From Acidobacteriota bacterium (GTDB lineage: Bacteria; Acidobacteriota; UBA6911; RPQK01; JAJDTT01), in assembly GCA_965209055.1 (NCBI GenBank), contig OZ242374.1, forward strand, positions 3,776,001-3,840,000: a stretch of 64,000 nt of DNA, written 5' to 3'. The translations under genes and the position numbers were made by a program. This document shows positions 19,692-29,278 of this stretch, one piece after another. The first letter of the stretch is position 1, and every line of letters starts with the position of its first letter. The notes below the pieces were generated by a model. It saw only the letters and a list, made by a program, of their open reading frames with translations. It was not told the origin of the DNA and did not search any database.

Positions 19692-21317
19692 TCAACGCCG
19701 GGGAATGGCCAGCCCCTCTGCGTCGCGGGTATCCCGATAGCGTTTCAACCGGGCATGAATGTCCCGGTACCGGTCGCGGATCTCCGGAGTCAGGGCCGAG
19801 CGGATGGACCCTTCCAGGCGCGCCAGAATCTGCCCGCAGGCGTCGTCGTCGAAGGGGAGCCGTCCGCCCACGTCGACGTAGACCGGGTTGGAGTGAGCCT
19901 CGGTCCCCGGATCTCCGTAGGCCCTGACACCGACCCATCCGCTCCCGGAGACCTGAAGCCGTTCCGCATGGTCCCAGATGCCTCGTCCGTCCGCGTCGAA
20001 GTACCGGGAGACGACCCTGCCGTTCCACACGATCTCCAGGGTCCGGACCGGATAGAGTGGACTTCGGACCCGGGCCTCCAACTCCAGGGCGACGGGTTCG
20101 CCTCCGGAGAAGTGAAGCGATTCTCCGGGACCCTTGCCGTTGACCGAGACCAGGAGCATGGGGCCGCTGGTGACGAAGCTGCGTCCCTGGACCACCCCCT
20201 CCATGAAGCCGCGCGGCGTCGGTTCCGTCTCCGAGAAGACGTAGGTGATGCTGTCTCCCAACTCCCGGCTGTAGGGAAAATCGGACGCGCCCACGATGGG
20301 CCAGCGGTAACCTAGGTTCAGGAAATCGTACCAGCCGTCCAGACCCAGTCCCCGGTAGCCGCCCAGTTGCAGCAACTCCAGGAAGTCCGACTTGCCGGTC
20401 AGGCCCACGTAGTCCGCCTCCAGGCGGTAGTAGCCGCCGTGGTTGAGACCCATGTAACCCCCCAGTTCCCGGGCCTGGTCCCCGATGACGGCCAGTGAGG
20501 GGCCCAGATTGGCGTCGGCGGTCCACCCTGCGGCCGGAACGTAATCCTTGGCCAAAACGACGGTGACGTGCCCCATGGAGGAGTTGCGGTATTCCTGGCC
20601 CGACGACAGGAAATAGCCGCCCCGCCGGACCTCCGACGCCGGACCCAGACCGTGGGCCTGGCGCCACGATTCGAACTCCCGGCCCAGGGCGTAACCGCCC
20701 GTGTTCATGGACAGGCTGTAGGCATAGCGGATGTCCTTGGCGGAAGTGAGCACCAGCAGTTGGTCGTCGTTGCTTCCGTCCCGCTCGAAGTGGATGTGGG
20801 TGTCGCCGGAGTACCAGCCCAGCTCCGCCATGTCGATCCAGCGGGACACGGCGATGGTGGCTTGGCGGACCTCATTCTTCTCCAGCCGGAACACCCGCCG
20901 GCTGCGCTGGTATTCGTATCCTTTTCCCACCTCCACCACGCAGTGGCCGGGAGGGACCCGGACGCTGACGGAGCCGTCGGTGAAGAAGTAGTCGTCGAGC
21001 TTCCGAAACCGCATGGGCCCCTGACGCTCTCCGTTGGTACGCCGCAGCGAGTAGGAGAGATACGGATCCTCCTGAGGCTCCTGGGTGCCTCCGTTGATGC
21101 TGACCGTGGCGCTGACCGGGCGGCCGGTCCGCCCGTCGACGATCCGAAGCTGGAGCGTCGCGGCGTCGGGGCCGGGATCCGGCAGGGGAGGCGGAAGGGG
21201 ACGGTGCTCGCTGATCTGGGCGTAGCGGCGAGTCTGCATGGAGTGGACGAAGGTCAGAAACAGCAACCCCGCAAAGGGGAGAATCAGCCGCAGGCGAATC
21301 CGTCCGGGTCGGCTCAT
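19692..21317 (-). CDS. CehA/McbA-like PHP-fold metallohydrolase, N-terminal anchor (paralog 2)
   Basis: GWYSGDTHIH, GQEYR...GH, NHGG, WYDFLN.G, GASD, GRSFVTSGP and AHSNPVYV motifs. Confidence 0.82.
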   Translation of the reverse strand: MSRPGRIRLRLILPFAGLLFLTFVHSMQTRRYAQISEHRPLPPPLPDPGPDAATLQLRIVDGRTGRPVSATVSINGGTQEPQEDPYLSYSLRRTNGERQGPMRFRKLDDYFFTDGSVSVRVPPGHCVVEVGKGYEYQRSRRVFRLEKNEVRQATIAVSRWIDMAELGWYSGDTHIHFERDGSNDDQLLVLTSAKDIRYAYSLSMNTGGYALGREFESWRQAHGLGPASEVRRGGYFLSSGQEYRNSSMGHVTVVLAKDYVPAAGWTADANLGPSLAVIGDQARELGGYMGLNHGGYYRLEADYVGLTGKSDFLELLQLGGYRGLGLDGWYDFLNLGYRWPIVGASDFPYSRELGDSITYVFSETEPTPRGFMEGVVQGRSFVTSGPMLLVSVNGKGPGESLHFSGGEPVALELEARVRSPLYPVRTLEIVWNGRVVSRYFDADGRGIWDHAERLQVSGSGWVGVRAYGDPGTEAHSNPVYVDVGGRLPFDDDACGQILARLEGSIRSALTPEIRDRYRDIHARLKRYRDTRDAEGLAIPRR

Positions 21318-23011
21318 CTCGATGCCGTTCCTTTTGCGGCGACCGGCCCCGCGGCGGACCGGTTTGCTTCAGTTTCTGCGATCCGGGCGGCGGAGGGGAG
21401 CGCCAAGCCTAGCGGATCGCCGGTATCCCGGTAGCGGGCCAGCCGGTCCCGGAGGGTCCGGACCCGGGCCAGCACGCTCTTTGCGGGAATGGCGCGGAGG
21501 GAGGAATCCAGCCGGGCCAGAATCTGGCCGCAGGCGTCGTCGTCAAAGGGGAGCTTGCCGTCGAAATAGACGTAGACGGGATTGGTGTGGGCTTCGGTCC
21601 CGGCGTCGGAATAAGCCCTCACCGCCACCCAGCCGCTGGAAGAGGCTTCGATCCTGCGGCTCAGTTCCCAGTGGGATCGGCCCTCGGCGGCGAAGGCCCG
21701 CGACACGACGCGTCCGTTCCGGATCAGGTCCACGTATCGGACCGGATAAAGGGGACTGGAGACTCGGATCTCCACTTGCAGATCCAAACTGGTTTTCTCC
21801 TTCGCCAGGATCGACTCTCCCGGCCGCTTCCCGTTGACGGTGACCAGGAGCATGGGCCCGGAGGTGGCGAAGCTTTCCCCCCGGAGCAGTCCCTCGATGA
21901 ATCCTCGGGGGGTGGGGGGCTCGGAAGCCCGCACATAAGTGATGCAGTCCCCCAATTCGCGGGTGGCCGGGTAGTCGGAGGCGCCCGCCATGGGCCAGCG
22001 GTAGCCAAGGTTCAGGAAGTCGTACCACCCGTCCAGACCGAGACCCCGATACCCTCCGAACTGGAGCAGTTCCAGGAAGTCCATCTTTCCCGAAAGAGCC
22101 AGGGAGTCCGCCTCCAGACGCGTGTAGCCGCCGTGATTGAGACCGATCACTCCCCCCAGTTCCCGAGCCTGGTCGCCGATGATCCCCAGCGACGGCCCCC
22201 TGTCGGTGTTCGGGGTGTGACCGATTCCCGGGACGTAATCCCGGGCCATGAGGATGGTCGCGTGCCCCAGGGTCCGGGTCCGGTACTCCTGGCCGGAGGT
22301 GAGGAAGTAGGGGCCTCGATTGCGGATTGAGCCCTCGCCCAGGCCGTGGGCCTGATGCCACGACTCGAAAGCTCCTCCCAGCGAGTAGCCCCGCATGTTC
22401 ATGGAGAGGCTGAAGGCGTAGCGGATGTCCCGGGCCGAGGTCAGCGTCAGCAGGCTGTCGTCATTGGTTCCCGTGCGGTCGAAATGGATGTGGGTGTCCC
22501 CGGAGTACCAGCCCAGAGCGGCCATGTCGATCCAGCGGGAGAGGGTGACGGCGGCGTCCAGGACCTGCCCCGGATCCAGTTCGAAGGTGCGGTGCGACGG
22601 AACGTATTCGTAGCCCTTGCGCACCTCCACCGTGCACCGCCCGGGCGGCACCTTCAGACTGAGGGCGCCGTCGGAGTAGAAGTAGTAGTTCAGCGGTCGG
22701 AACCGGATCGGTCCCTTGTGCCGGTTCGCCGAACGCCTCAGCGAATGTTCCAGGTACGCCTCCTCGCCCTCGACGGCTCCTCCGTTGACGCTCACGGTGG
22801 CGCTGACGGGAGTATCCGATCCTCGCTCCACGATCTTCAGGTTCAGGGTCGCCGCGTCGGCTCCGGCCTCCACCGGTGGAGGCGGCGCCGGAGCCGGCAC
22901 TTCGATCTGACGGTGGCGGCTCAGTTGCATGGAGTAGGCGAACGAGATCAGGAGGCTGCCCAGAAACAGGATCCGGAGTCGTTTCACGGCCGGACGGGTC
23001 GGGCTCGTCAT
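21314..23011 (-). CDS. CehA/McbA-like PHP-fold metallohydrolase, N-terminal anchor (paralog 1)
   Basis: Same motifs as its neighbour (GWYSGDTHIH, GASDYP, AHTNPVYV); ATGA-coupled to paralog 2. Confidence 0.82.
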   Translation of the reverse strand: MTSPTRPAVKRLRILFLGSLLISFAYSMQLSRHRQIEVPAPAPPPPVEAGADAATLNLKIVERGSDTPVSATVSVNGGAVEGEEAYLEHSLRRSANRHKGPIRFRPLNYYFYSDGALSLKVPPGRCTVEVRKGYEYVPSHRTFELDPGQVLDAAVTLSRWIDMAALGWYSGDTHIHFDRTGTNDDSLLTLTSARDIRYAFSLSMNMRGYSLGGAFESWHQAHGLGEGSIRNRGPYFLTSGQEYRTRTLGHATILMARDYVPGIGHTPNTDRGPSLGIIGDQARELGGVIGLNHGGYTRLEADSLALSGKMDFLELLQFGGYRGLGLDGWYDFLNLGYRWPMAGASDYPATRELGDCITYVRASEPPTPRGFIEGLLRGESFATSGPMLLVTVNGKRPGESILAKEKTSLDLQVEIRVSSPLYPVRYVDLIRNGRVVSRAFAAEGRSHWELSRRIEASSSGWVAVRAYSDAGTEAHTNPVYVYFDGKLPFDDDACGQILARLDSSLRAIPAKSVLARVRTLRDRLARYRDTGDPLGLALPSAARIAETEANRSAAGPVAAKGTASR

Positions 23012-23030
23012 GTCAGCTTCTCCAAGGGCG

Positions 23031-24338
23031 TCAATCGTCCGCCCGGGCTTCCACTGCCGAAGAGGCCAGGGCGGCGCCGATTCCGGACCCGTCCTTGACC
23101 AGACGGCATTCTATCCGTTCGGCCCGGGATCCGAGGACATTTCGGAACATCCGGCGCATGGCTTCCGGATAACCCGGAGCGTGTTCGAACAGCGAGCCGT
23201 CCACGGTCATCACGTGGTCGTCCTCCAACTTCGGATCGGCCCACTCCGCCGTGGCGATCATGGCCAGCGCACTGAGTTGTGCCGACCGCCTCAGGATCAT
23301 CCGGGCCAGCGAGACCGCCTGCCGCCGCTGCTCCAGGCCATTATCCACCACGCCCGACCCTTCCAGGAAGCGGCGGGTCTCGGGCAGGCCGCCCGCGTCC
23401 GCCGCCAGATGCGAGAGGTCCTCCGCTCCCACGGCGCCCCGCTTTCCGAATCTCCCCTGCGGATGGATCCCGGCCAAGAGCCGCCGAAGAAGCCCGCCCA
23501 GGTAGCGGCCGGCCACCATCTTCTCGAACCGTTGCTGTCCCGGATTTCGGGACCGCGAGTCCAGGTCCCGGTCGACGGGCGTGAGGACCCGGTTCCGAAG
23601 CGGGCCGAAGTCGAAGTTGCCGCACTCGAAATTGATGGCCGTGGACCCGAGCCAGGCGGCCAGGTTGGTTCCGGTCCCCAGGATTCCCCCGGCGAGGGTC
23701 CGGCGGTCCTGGAAATATCCCAGGATCAAGGTTCCCACCGTGTCGTTCAGCAGAACGTTGACCTTCACTCCTTGCAGACCGGCCTCCCGGCAGGCCCGGG
23801 CCAGTTCGGGGACCGGATCCCGTCCCACCAGGTCGGGGAGGTCCCACTCCTTGGTCCATTTCAGGAGGACGCCCCGGTCCGCCGACTCCATGCGGGTGGG
23901 AAAGGCGAAGGTGAACCCCACCCGGAGGCCGGAGGCGGCGACCCCCTCCTCCTCCAAAGTCCGGGCGATGCCGCCGGCGAGGAATCGAAAGAGGTCCCGT
24001 GAATGGACCTCGCGTCCCGCCTCTCCCCCCTTGAGCTTCGAAGGAATGGGAAAGATCCGGATTCGGGGGCTCCCGGCGAGACTCTGATCCGGGTCGACCG
24101 AGAGCACCACCACCCGGAAGTTGGTTCCGCTCAGGTCCAGACCCACGTAGGTTCCGGGGTGGAAACGGGCCGTTTTGGGAATGAAGGTCCGGATCATGGC
24201 CAGGGAACCGGAGCGTTCCGCCGCCAGTCCCAAGTCCATCTGACGCTTGAATTCATCGATGATGGAACGGGCCGTCGCCGGCGTTGAAAGGTCCCAACTC
24301 CGGGCCGGGGAACCGTCTTCTGCGGGGTGGGAAACCAA
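23031..24338 (-). CDS. eukaryote-type hexokinase (Hexokinase_1 + Hexokinase_2 fold)
   Basis: LDLSGTNFRV, GFTFAFP, KWTK, NDTVGTL, ILGTGTN, INFECG.F, NPGQQRFEKM, VDGSLFE and DGSGIGAAL motifs. TTG start at 24338 is inferred (just after the DinB stop); alternative ATG 24239. Confidence 0.9.
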   Translation of the reverse strand: MVSHPAEDGSPARSWDLSTPATARSIIDEFKRQMDLGLAAERSGSLAMIRTFIPKTARFHPGTYVGLDLSGTNFRVVVLSVDPDQSLAGSPRIRIFPIPSKLKGGEAGREVHSRDLFRFLAGGIARTLEEEGVAASGLRVGFTFAFPTRMESADRGVLLKWTKEWDLPDLVGRDPVPELARACREAGLQGVKVNVLLNDTVGTLILGYFQDRRTLAGGILGTGTNLAAWLGSTAINFECGNFDFGPLRNRVLTPVDRDLDSRSRNPGQQRFEKMVAGRYLGGLLRRLLAGIHPQGRFGKRGAVGAEDLSHLAADAGGLPETRRFLEGSGVVDNGLEQRRQAVSLARMILRRSAQLSALAMIATAEWADPKLEDDHVMTVDGSLFEHAPGYPEAMRRMFRNVLGSRAERIECRLVKDGSGIGAALASSAVEARADD

Positions 24339-24340
24339 AT

Positions 24341-24856
24341 TTACATTCCCGGCGGGTTCTCGTCGGCCGAGGGACCGTAGAGGGCGGGGACTGGGATGTC
24401 GTTGAGCCGCAGGTAGACTCCCAGTTGGGCGCGGTGGTGAATCAGGTGATTCATGACGAAGCTCCGCAATACCGCGATTTTGGGCATGCTGAATATGGTG
24501 ACGCCGTTTTTGAGGAGCGACCAGGGCGCCAGGAAGGCCGCGTCGTCGGCGCCGGCGATGGCGGCGCGCGCCTCCCGGACGTGCTGGTCGAATTCGGCGA
24601 GCATCTGGTCCACACTCGTGGGAGCCGGGGGTTGCGGGAGGGGTTTCCCATCGGGCATGAGGTCCAGCTCGCCCTCCTGGATGGTGAGGGTGGCCCAATA
24701 GGGGATGTTGGCCAGGTGACCCGCCAGCCAGATCATGCTTCCGGACTTGGCGTGCGGTTTCCAGTCGAACCGGTCTTCCGGAACCCGCTCCAGGGTCCTG
24801 CGGGCGCCGTCCATCTCCTGGTCGAACTCGGGCAACAAGGCTTCGCTGATGGACAT
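24341..24856 (-). CDS. DinB family protein
   Basis: WKPH.KS, LAGHLA and NHLIHHRAQL.VYLR...P.LYGPSAD motifs; RBS GGAGGT. Confidence 0.9.
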   Translation of the reverse strand: MSISEALLPEFDQEMDGARRTLERVPEDRFDWKPHAKSGSMIWLAGHLANIPYWATLTIQEGELDLMPDGKPLPQPPAPTSVDQMLAEFDQHVREARAAIAGADDAAFLAPWSLLKNGVTIFSMPKIAVLRSFVMNHLIHHRAQLGVYLRLNDIPVPALYGPSADENPPGM

Positions 24857-24963
24857 CTTTTGACACCTCCGTGGGCCGGCGGCTCCGGGGACCTTGTCCG
24901 CCGAGGCCGTTCTCCGGCAGAATCTCTCAAAGATCGGAAAAGGGGTCAATCGGAAAACACATC

Positions 24964-25923
24964 ATGTCTGTTCGGATCACCCCGCCTGCCGAGTTCGGAC
25001 TCCGTTCGGAAGCTCCCCTGGCTCCCCTGACCACCCTGGCCATCGGAGGAGACAGCCGTTGGCTGCTGGAACTGCGCGACCCGGGCCTGCTGGACACCGC
25101 CTGGAACTGGGCCCGGAGCCAGGGCCTGCCGGTGCTTTTCCTGGGAGCGGGAAGCAATGTCCTCTTTTCGGACGCCGGATACGACGGCTTGGTGATTCGG
25201 AATCGCCTCCGGGGGCGGGAGCGCGCCGGAAACGAGGTGCGGGTCTCGGGAGGGGAGGACCTGGGGGAGACCATCCGTTGGGTCAACCGGCTCGGTCTGG
25301 CCGGGATGGAGCGCCTCTACGGCATTCCCGGAACCGTGGCCGGAGCCGTGGTGGGCAACGCGGGCGCCTACGGGCAGGAGATCGGGGGCCGAATCCGGGA
25401 GGTGTCCTTCTGGTCGCCGGAGGAGGGGGTGACGACCCTCCCCGCTTCGGCCTTGGACTTCCGTTATCGCCACAGTCGCTTCAAGGAGCGTCGGGAGTGG
25501 TTTCTGCTCTCCTGCACCCTGGCCCTGGAGGCGGCCTCGGAGCCGCTTCAGCCGGTCTCGGACCAGATCCTGGCCACCCGTCTGGCCAAGTACCCGGTGG
25601 GGTTGAAATGCCCGGGCAGCTTCTTCAAAAACGTGATCGCGGACGAACTCGATCCTCAGGGTCTGAGCCGGATTCCCGAGGATTTCATTTTTTACGGGAA
25701 GATACCGGCCGGCAAACTCCTGGACGAGGTGGGCGCCCGGGGGCGGCGGATGGGAGGCGCCCTCATCGCGAGTCATCATGCCAACCTGTTCGTCAACGAA
25801 GAAGGCGCAGCCAGCCGTGATATGCTGGCTCTGGCCCGGAAATACTCGAATCGGGTCCGTGAGAAATTCGACATCGAGTTGGAACCGGAAATCCTGATCG
25901 TCAGTCCAAACCAATGGCGTTGA
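24964..25923 (+). CDS. murB: UDP-N-acetylenolpyruvoylglucosamine reductase
   Basis: LGAGSNVLF, GIPGTVAG...NAGAYG, YRHS.FK, GSFFKN, HANLF and LEPE motifs. Confidence 0.95.
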   Translation: MSVRITPPAEFGLRSEAPLAPLTTLAIGGDSRWLLELRDPGLLDTAWNWARSQGLPVLFLGAGSNVLFSDAGYDGLVIRNRLRGRERAGNEVRVSGGEDLGETIRWVNRLGLAGMERLYGIPGTVAGAVVGNAGAYGQEIGGRIREVSFWSPEEGVTTLPASALDFRYRHSRFKERREWFLLSCTLALEAASEPLQPVSDQILATRLAKYPVGLKCPGSFFKNVIADELDPQGLSRIPEDFIFYGKIPAGKLLDEVGARGRRMGGALIASHHANLFVNEEGAASRDMLALARKYSNRVREKFDIELEPEILIVSPNQWR

Positions 25924-27206
25924 CCGCGATAGACACCCACCGGGCGCCCACACGCAAGTTCCTCATCGAGGGGGGATACACCCTCTACGGCGACTACCCG
26001 GTCCAGGGCAACAAGAATGCCGCCCTGCCGCTGATCTGCGCCGCCCTGCTGGCCCGTTCCCGGGTGGTTTTGAACCGCGTCCCCCGCATCGACGACGTGG
26101 AGAACCTCCTCCGGCTGGTCCGGGTCGTGGGCGTGGAGGCGGAATGGCAGGAAGAGAACCTCCACCTGGACTCCAGCGCTCTGAAACCGGAGCAGCTTCC
26201 CGCCGATCTGGTGGAGAAGCTCCGGGGCGCCATCCTGCTTCTGAGTCCCTTGGCCGCCGCCTTCGACCGTGTCTCCTGCGTCAGTCCCGGCGGCTGTCCA
26301 ATCGGACGGCGCTCCTTCGACGTCCACTGGTCGGTCCTGGAAGCGGCCGGCTTCCGGGTTCGGGAGGACAGTTCCTCCATCGACATCTTCAAGAGCCGTC
26401 AGGTGGAAGACCCGGTGGTCTACCTGGAGGAGGCGTCGGTCACGGCCACGGAGAACGCCCTGATCCTGTTCGCCGCATTGGGGGGCGGGACGATCCGCAA
26501 TCCGGCCCGCGAGCCGCACGTCCTGGCCGTGGTGGATTTCCTGCGGAATCTGGGTTGCCGCATCGAGCTCCACCCCCTCTACTACCGGGTGCTCAACGGC
26601 GTCGGCGAACCGGGGGAGGAGGTCGAATTCGACGTGCCGCCGGACTACATCGACGCCGGCACTCTGGCCATCGCCACTGCCGTGACCCACGGGTCGGTTC
26701 GTCTCCTGGGTGTCGGACAGCAGGACCTCATGGGCGTCATCCCCGTTCTGGAGCGGTTCGGAATCGAGTTTCGGGACTGCGAAGGAGGTCTGCAGGTCGA
26801 GGCCTCCAGAATGGTCAGTCCCTCGCAGCTCACCGCCGGTCCGTGGCCGCTGTTCCCCACCGACCTGGTGTCGCTGGTGATCGTGTTGGCGACTCAGGCC
26901 CAGGGCCTGTGCCTGGTCCACGACTGGATGTACGAGGCCCGGATGTTCTTCGTGGACAAGCTGGTGCGGATGGGCGCCCGGATCACCATGTGCGATCCCC
27001 ATCGGGTTCTGGTGGAAGGCCCGCGCCGGCTCCGCGGCAAGCAACTGGAGTCTCCCGACATCCGGGCCGGCATGGCGCTGCTGGTAGCCGGCCTGTGCGC
27101 CCAGGGAGACACGCGAATCGAGCACGCCGAGGTGGTGCTGCGGGGTTACGAAAACGTGGTGGGCAGGCTGCGCGGCGTCGGCGCCCGGATCCGAGGCGAG
27201 AGCTAG
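25914..27206 (+). CDS. murA: UDP-N-acetylglucosamine 1-carboxyvinyltransferase
   Basis: GNKNAALP, PGGCPIGRR (active-site Cys), SVTATEN, AREPHV, FPTD, DIRAG and RGYE motifs. Confidence 0.95.
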   Translation: MALTAIDTHRAPTRKFLIEGGYTLYGDYPVQGNKNAALPLICAALLARSRVVLNRVPRIDDVENLLRLVRVVGVEAEWQEENLHLDSSALKPEQLPADLVEKLRGAILLLSPLAAAFDRVSCVSPGGCPIGRRSFDVHWSVLEAAGFRVREDSSSIDIFKSRQVEDPVVYLEEASVTATENALILFAALGGGTIRNPAREPHVLAVVDFLRNLGCRIELHPLYYRVLNGVGEPGEEVEFDVPPDYIDAGTLAIATAVTHGSVRLLGVGQQDLMGVIPVLERFGIEFRDCEGGLQVEASRMVSPSQLTAGPWPLFPTDLVSLVIVLATQAQGLCLVHDWMYEARMFFVDKLVRMGARITMCDPHRVLVEGPRRLRGKQLESPDIRAGMALLVAGLCAQGDTRIEHAEVVLRGYENVVGRLRGVGARIRGES

Positions 27207-27218
27207 CCGGTGTCCCGG

Positions 27219-27386
27219 ATGCTCCTCCGCAAGACTCTGAGGCTGACAGCCGTGGCCGGATGCATCGTCCTGGCCAACTTCTGGCCACCCTGCAGCTACC
27301 TCATGCTGCCGCATTATCACGAGATCCGGCGGCGCGACGCCGTCGTCCGGGTCGATCCCGATCTGCAGTACTTCGGAGCCATCTGA
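27219..27386 (+). CDS. small hypothetical protein (55 aa), N-terminal hydrophobic segment
   Basis: MLLRKTLRLTAVAGCIVLANFWPPCSYLMLPHYHEIRRRDAVVRVDPDLQYFGAI; starts 13 nt after murA and is TGATG-coupled to the next ORF. Confidence 0.45.
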   Translation: MLLRKTLRLTAVAGCIVLANFWPPCSYLMLPHYHEIRRRDAVVRVDPDLQYFGAI

Positions 27387-27484
27387 TGCCGGTCGACTCG
27401 AATTCCATCCCTTGGAACCGGCTCTACTGGGCGGTGGGCGGATACACCCTCGTCCTGATCTTTCTCCTGTATCTCATCAGTTGA
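27386..27484 (+). CDS. small single-TM peptide (32 aa), probable SSS symporter accessory protein
   Basis: MPVDSNSIPWNRLYWAVGGYTLVLIFLLYLIS; lies just upstream of the SSS gene. Confidence 0.6.
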   Translation: MPVDSNSIPWNRLYWAVGGYTLVLIFLLYLIS

Positions 27485-27541
27485 GAGCCGAGAGACCGTG
27501 GTAAATCTCCTGGCCTTTTCCGCTCCCCGCAACGCAGGAAA

Positions 27542-27563
27542 GGGCGGCCACGAGGGTCGCCCC
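27542..27563. repeat. REP-like hairpin GGGCGGCCACGAGGGTCGCCCC
   Basis: Related to the 17681 copy. Confidence 0.55.
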
Positions 27564-27592
27564 GGCACTGCTTTCATTGATCCTGCAACGCC

Positions 27593-29260
27593 GTGACGGG
27601 TCTGGACTGGGCGGTTTTTACCCTCTACGTGGTCCTGATCCTCATGGTGGGCCTGTACCAGAGCCGCAAGAGCTCCGGTATCGAAGGCTATTTCCTGGGA
27701 AACCGCAGCCTTTCCTGGGGCCTGATCGGCCTCTCCGTCATGGCCACCCAGGCCAGCGCCATCACCTTCATCGGGACCACGGGCCAGTCCTACGGCTACG
27801 GGATGAAATTCGTCCAGGTCTACCTGCCCCAGCCTCTGGTGATGGTGGTTCTCTGCGTCCTGTTCGTCCCCTTTTTCTATCGGCGGAAGATCTACACCGC
27901 GTACGAGTTCCTGGAGCAGCGGTTCGACGCACGGACCCGTTCCCTGACCAGCTTCCTGTTCCTGGTCTCCCGCGGCCTGGCCGCCGGGATCGTCCTCTAT
28001 GCTCCCGCGGTGGTGCTCTCGGTCCTGATGGGCTGGGACGAACGGGTCACGGTGCTGATCATGGGAGCCGTGACCATCCTCTACACTGCGGCCGGCGGGA
28101 TCACGGCGGTCATCTGGACCGATGTGCTGCAGATACTGCTCATGTTCGGCGGCATCGGAGCGGCCCTCTTGACCCTCTTCGGAGAGTTGCCCCCGCAGGT
28201 GGACGTCGCCGACGTCTTCTACATCGGCGGCATCGAGGAGATGTGGAAGAGCGTGGACCTGTCGCCGGACCCGCGGGAGACCTATACGCTCTGGTCCGGC
28301 CTGGTGGGCGGATTCTTCCTGGCGCTGGCCTACTTCGGGTGCGACCAGAGCCAGGTTCAGCGGTATCTGACTGCCAAGTCCCTGACCCAGAGCCGCCTGG
28401 CCCTCCTCTTCAACGCCTTCCTCAAGGTGCCCATGCAGATCTTCATCCTGGCCATCGGGGTGCTGCTCTTCGTCTTCTACCACTTCGAGCAGCCGCCTCT
28501 GATCTTCAATCCGGCGGAGGAGGCCCAGGTGCGGCAGAGCGGAAAGGGCCCGGCCTTCGAAGAGCTGGAAAGGGACTACCGCGATCTGCACTCGCTCCGG
28601 CGGGAGGCGACTCTGGACCTGCTTCGCGTTCGCCGGGAAGGTGGTGACCTGGAGTCCGGGCGCGCCCGGATTCGGCAATACCATGACGAGATGGAGGCGT
28701 TGCGCGGCCGCTCCAAGGTGTTGGTCGAGACGGTCAAGGGCCGATCCTCCACCGACGTCAACTACGTCTTTCCCTCCTACCTGGTCCAATACGTGCCGGC
28801 CGGGATCCTGGGGCTGATGATCGCCGTCATCTTCGCCGCCGCCATGTCCTCGCTGGACTCGGAGCTGACTGCCCTCTCCAGCGCCACGGTCATGGACTTC
28901 TACCGCCGCTATCTGGTTCGGGGAGCCTCCACACGGCACTATCTCTGGGCGGCCCGGCTCACCACATTGGCCTGGGGGGTGCTGGCCACGGGGGTGGCGC
29001 TCTATGTCGGCCAGCAGGAGGCGTCCCTCCTGGAACTGGTCAACAAGGTGGGCTCGTACTTCTACGGTTCGCTGCTGGGGGTCTTCCTTTTGGCCTTTCT
29101 GGCCCCTTGGGCCACCGCCCGCGGTGCGTTCTGGGGCCTGATCCTGGGGATGGTCTCCGTATGGGCGGTCAGCGAGTTCACGTCGCTTTCGTTTCTCTAT
29201 TACAACGTGGTGGGTTGCTTGACCGTCGTTGCGGCGGCGTTTGTGCTCAAGCGCAGATGA
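27593..29260 (+). CDS. sodium:solute symporter (SSS)
   Basis: SVMATQASAITF, YTAYEFLEQRF, AVIWTDVLQ, DQSQVQRYL and AAAMSSLDS motifs. Confidence 0.93.
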   Translation: MTGLDWAVFTLYVVLILMVGLYQSRKSSGIEGYFLGNRSLSWGLIGLSVMATQASAITFIGTTGQSYGYGMKFVQVYLPQPLVMVVLCVLFVPFFYRRKIYTAYEFLEQRFDARTRSLTSFLFLVSRGLAAGIVLYAPAVVLSVLMGWDERVTVLIMGAVTILYTAAGGITAVIWTDVLQILLMFGGIGAALLTLFGELPPQVDVADVFYIGGIEEMWKSVDLSPDPRETYTLWSGLVGGFFLALAYFGCDQSQVQRYLTAKSLTQSRLALLFNAFLKVPMQIFILAIGVLLFVFYHFEQPPLIFNPAEEAQVRQSGKGPAFEELERDYRDLHSLRREATLDLLRVRREGGDLESGRARIRQYHDEMEALRGRSKVLVETVKGRSSTDVNYVFPSYLVQYVPAGILGLMIAVIFAAAMSSLDSELTALSSATVMDFYRRYLVRGASTRHYLWAARLTTLAWGVLATGVALYVGQQEASLLELVNKVGSYFYGSLLGVFLLAFLAPWATARGAFWGLILGMVSVWAVSEFTSLSFLYYNVVGCLTVVAAAFVLKRR

Positions 29261-29278
29261 TCTCTCTCGGAGTCGGTC

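Noticed and set aside
18991-20667. 558-aa extended endonuclease V and 611-aa extended hexokinase (23031-24866)
   Set aside because: The extensions overlap upstream genes in another frame; homology begins near 19659 and 24338.
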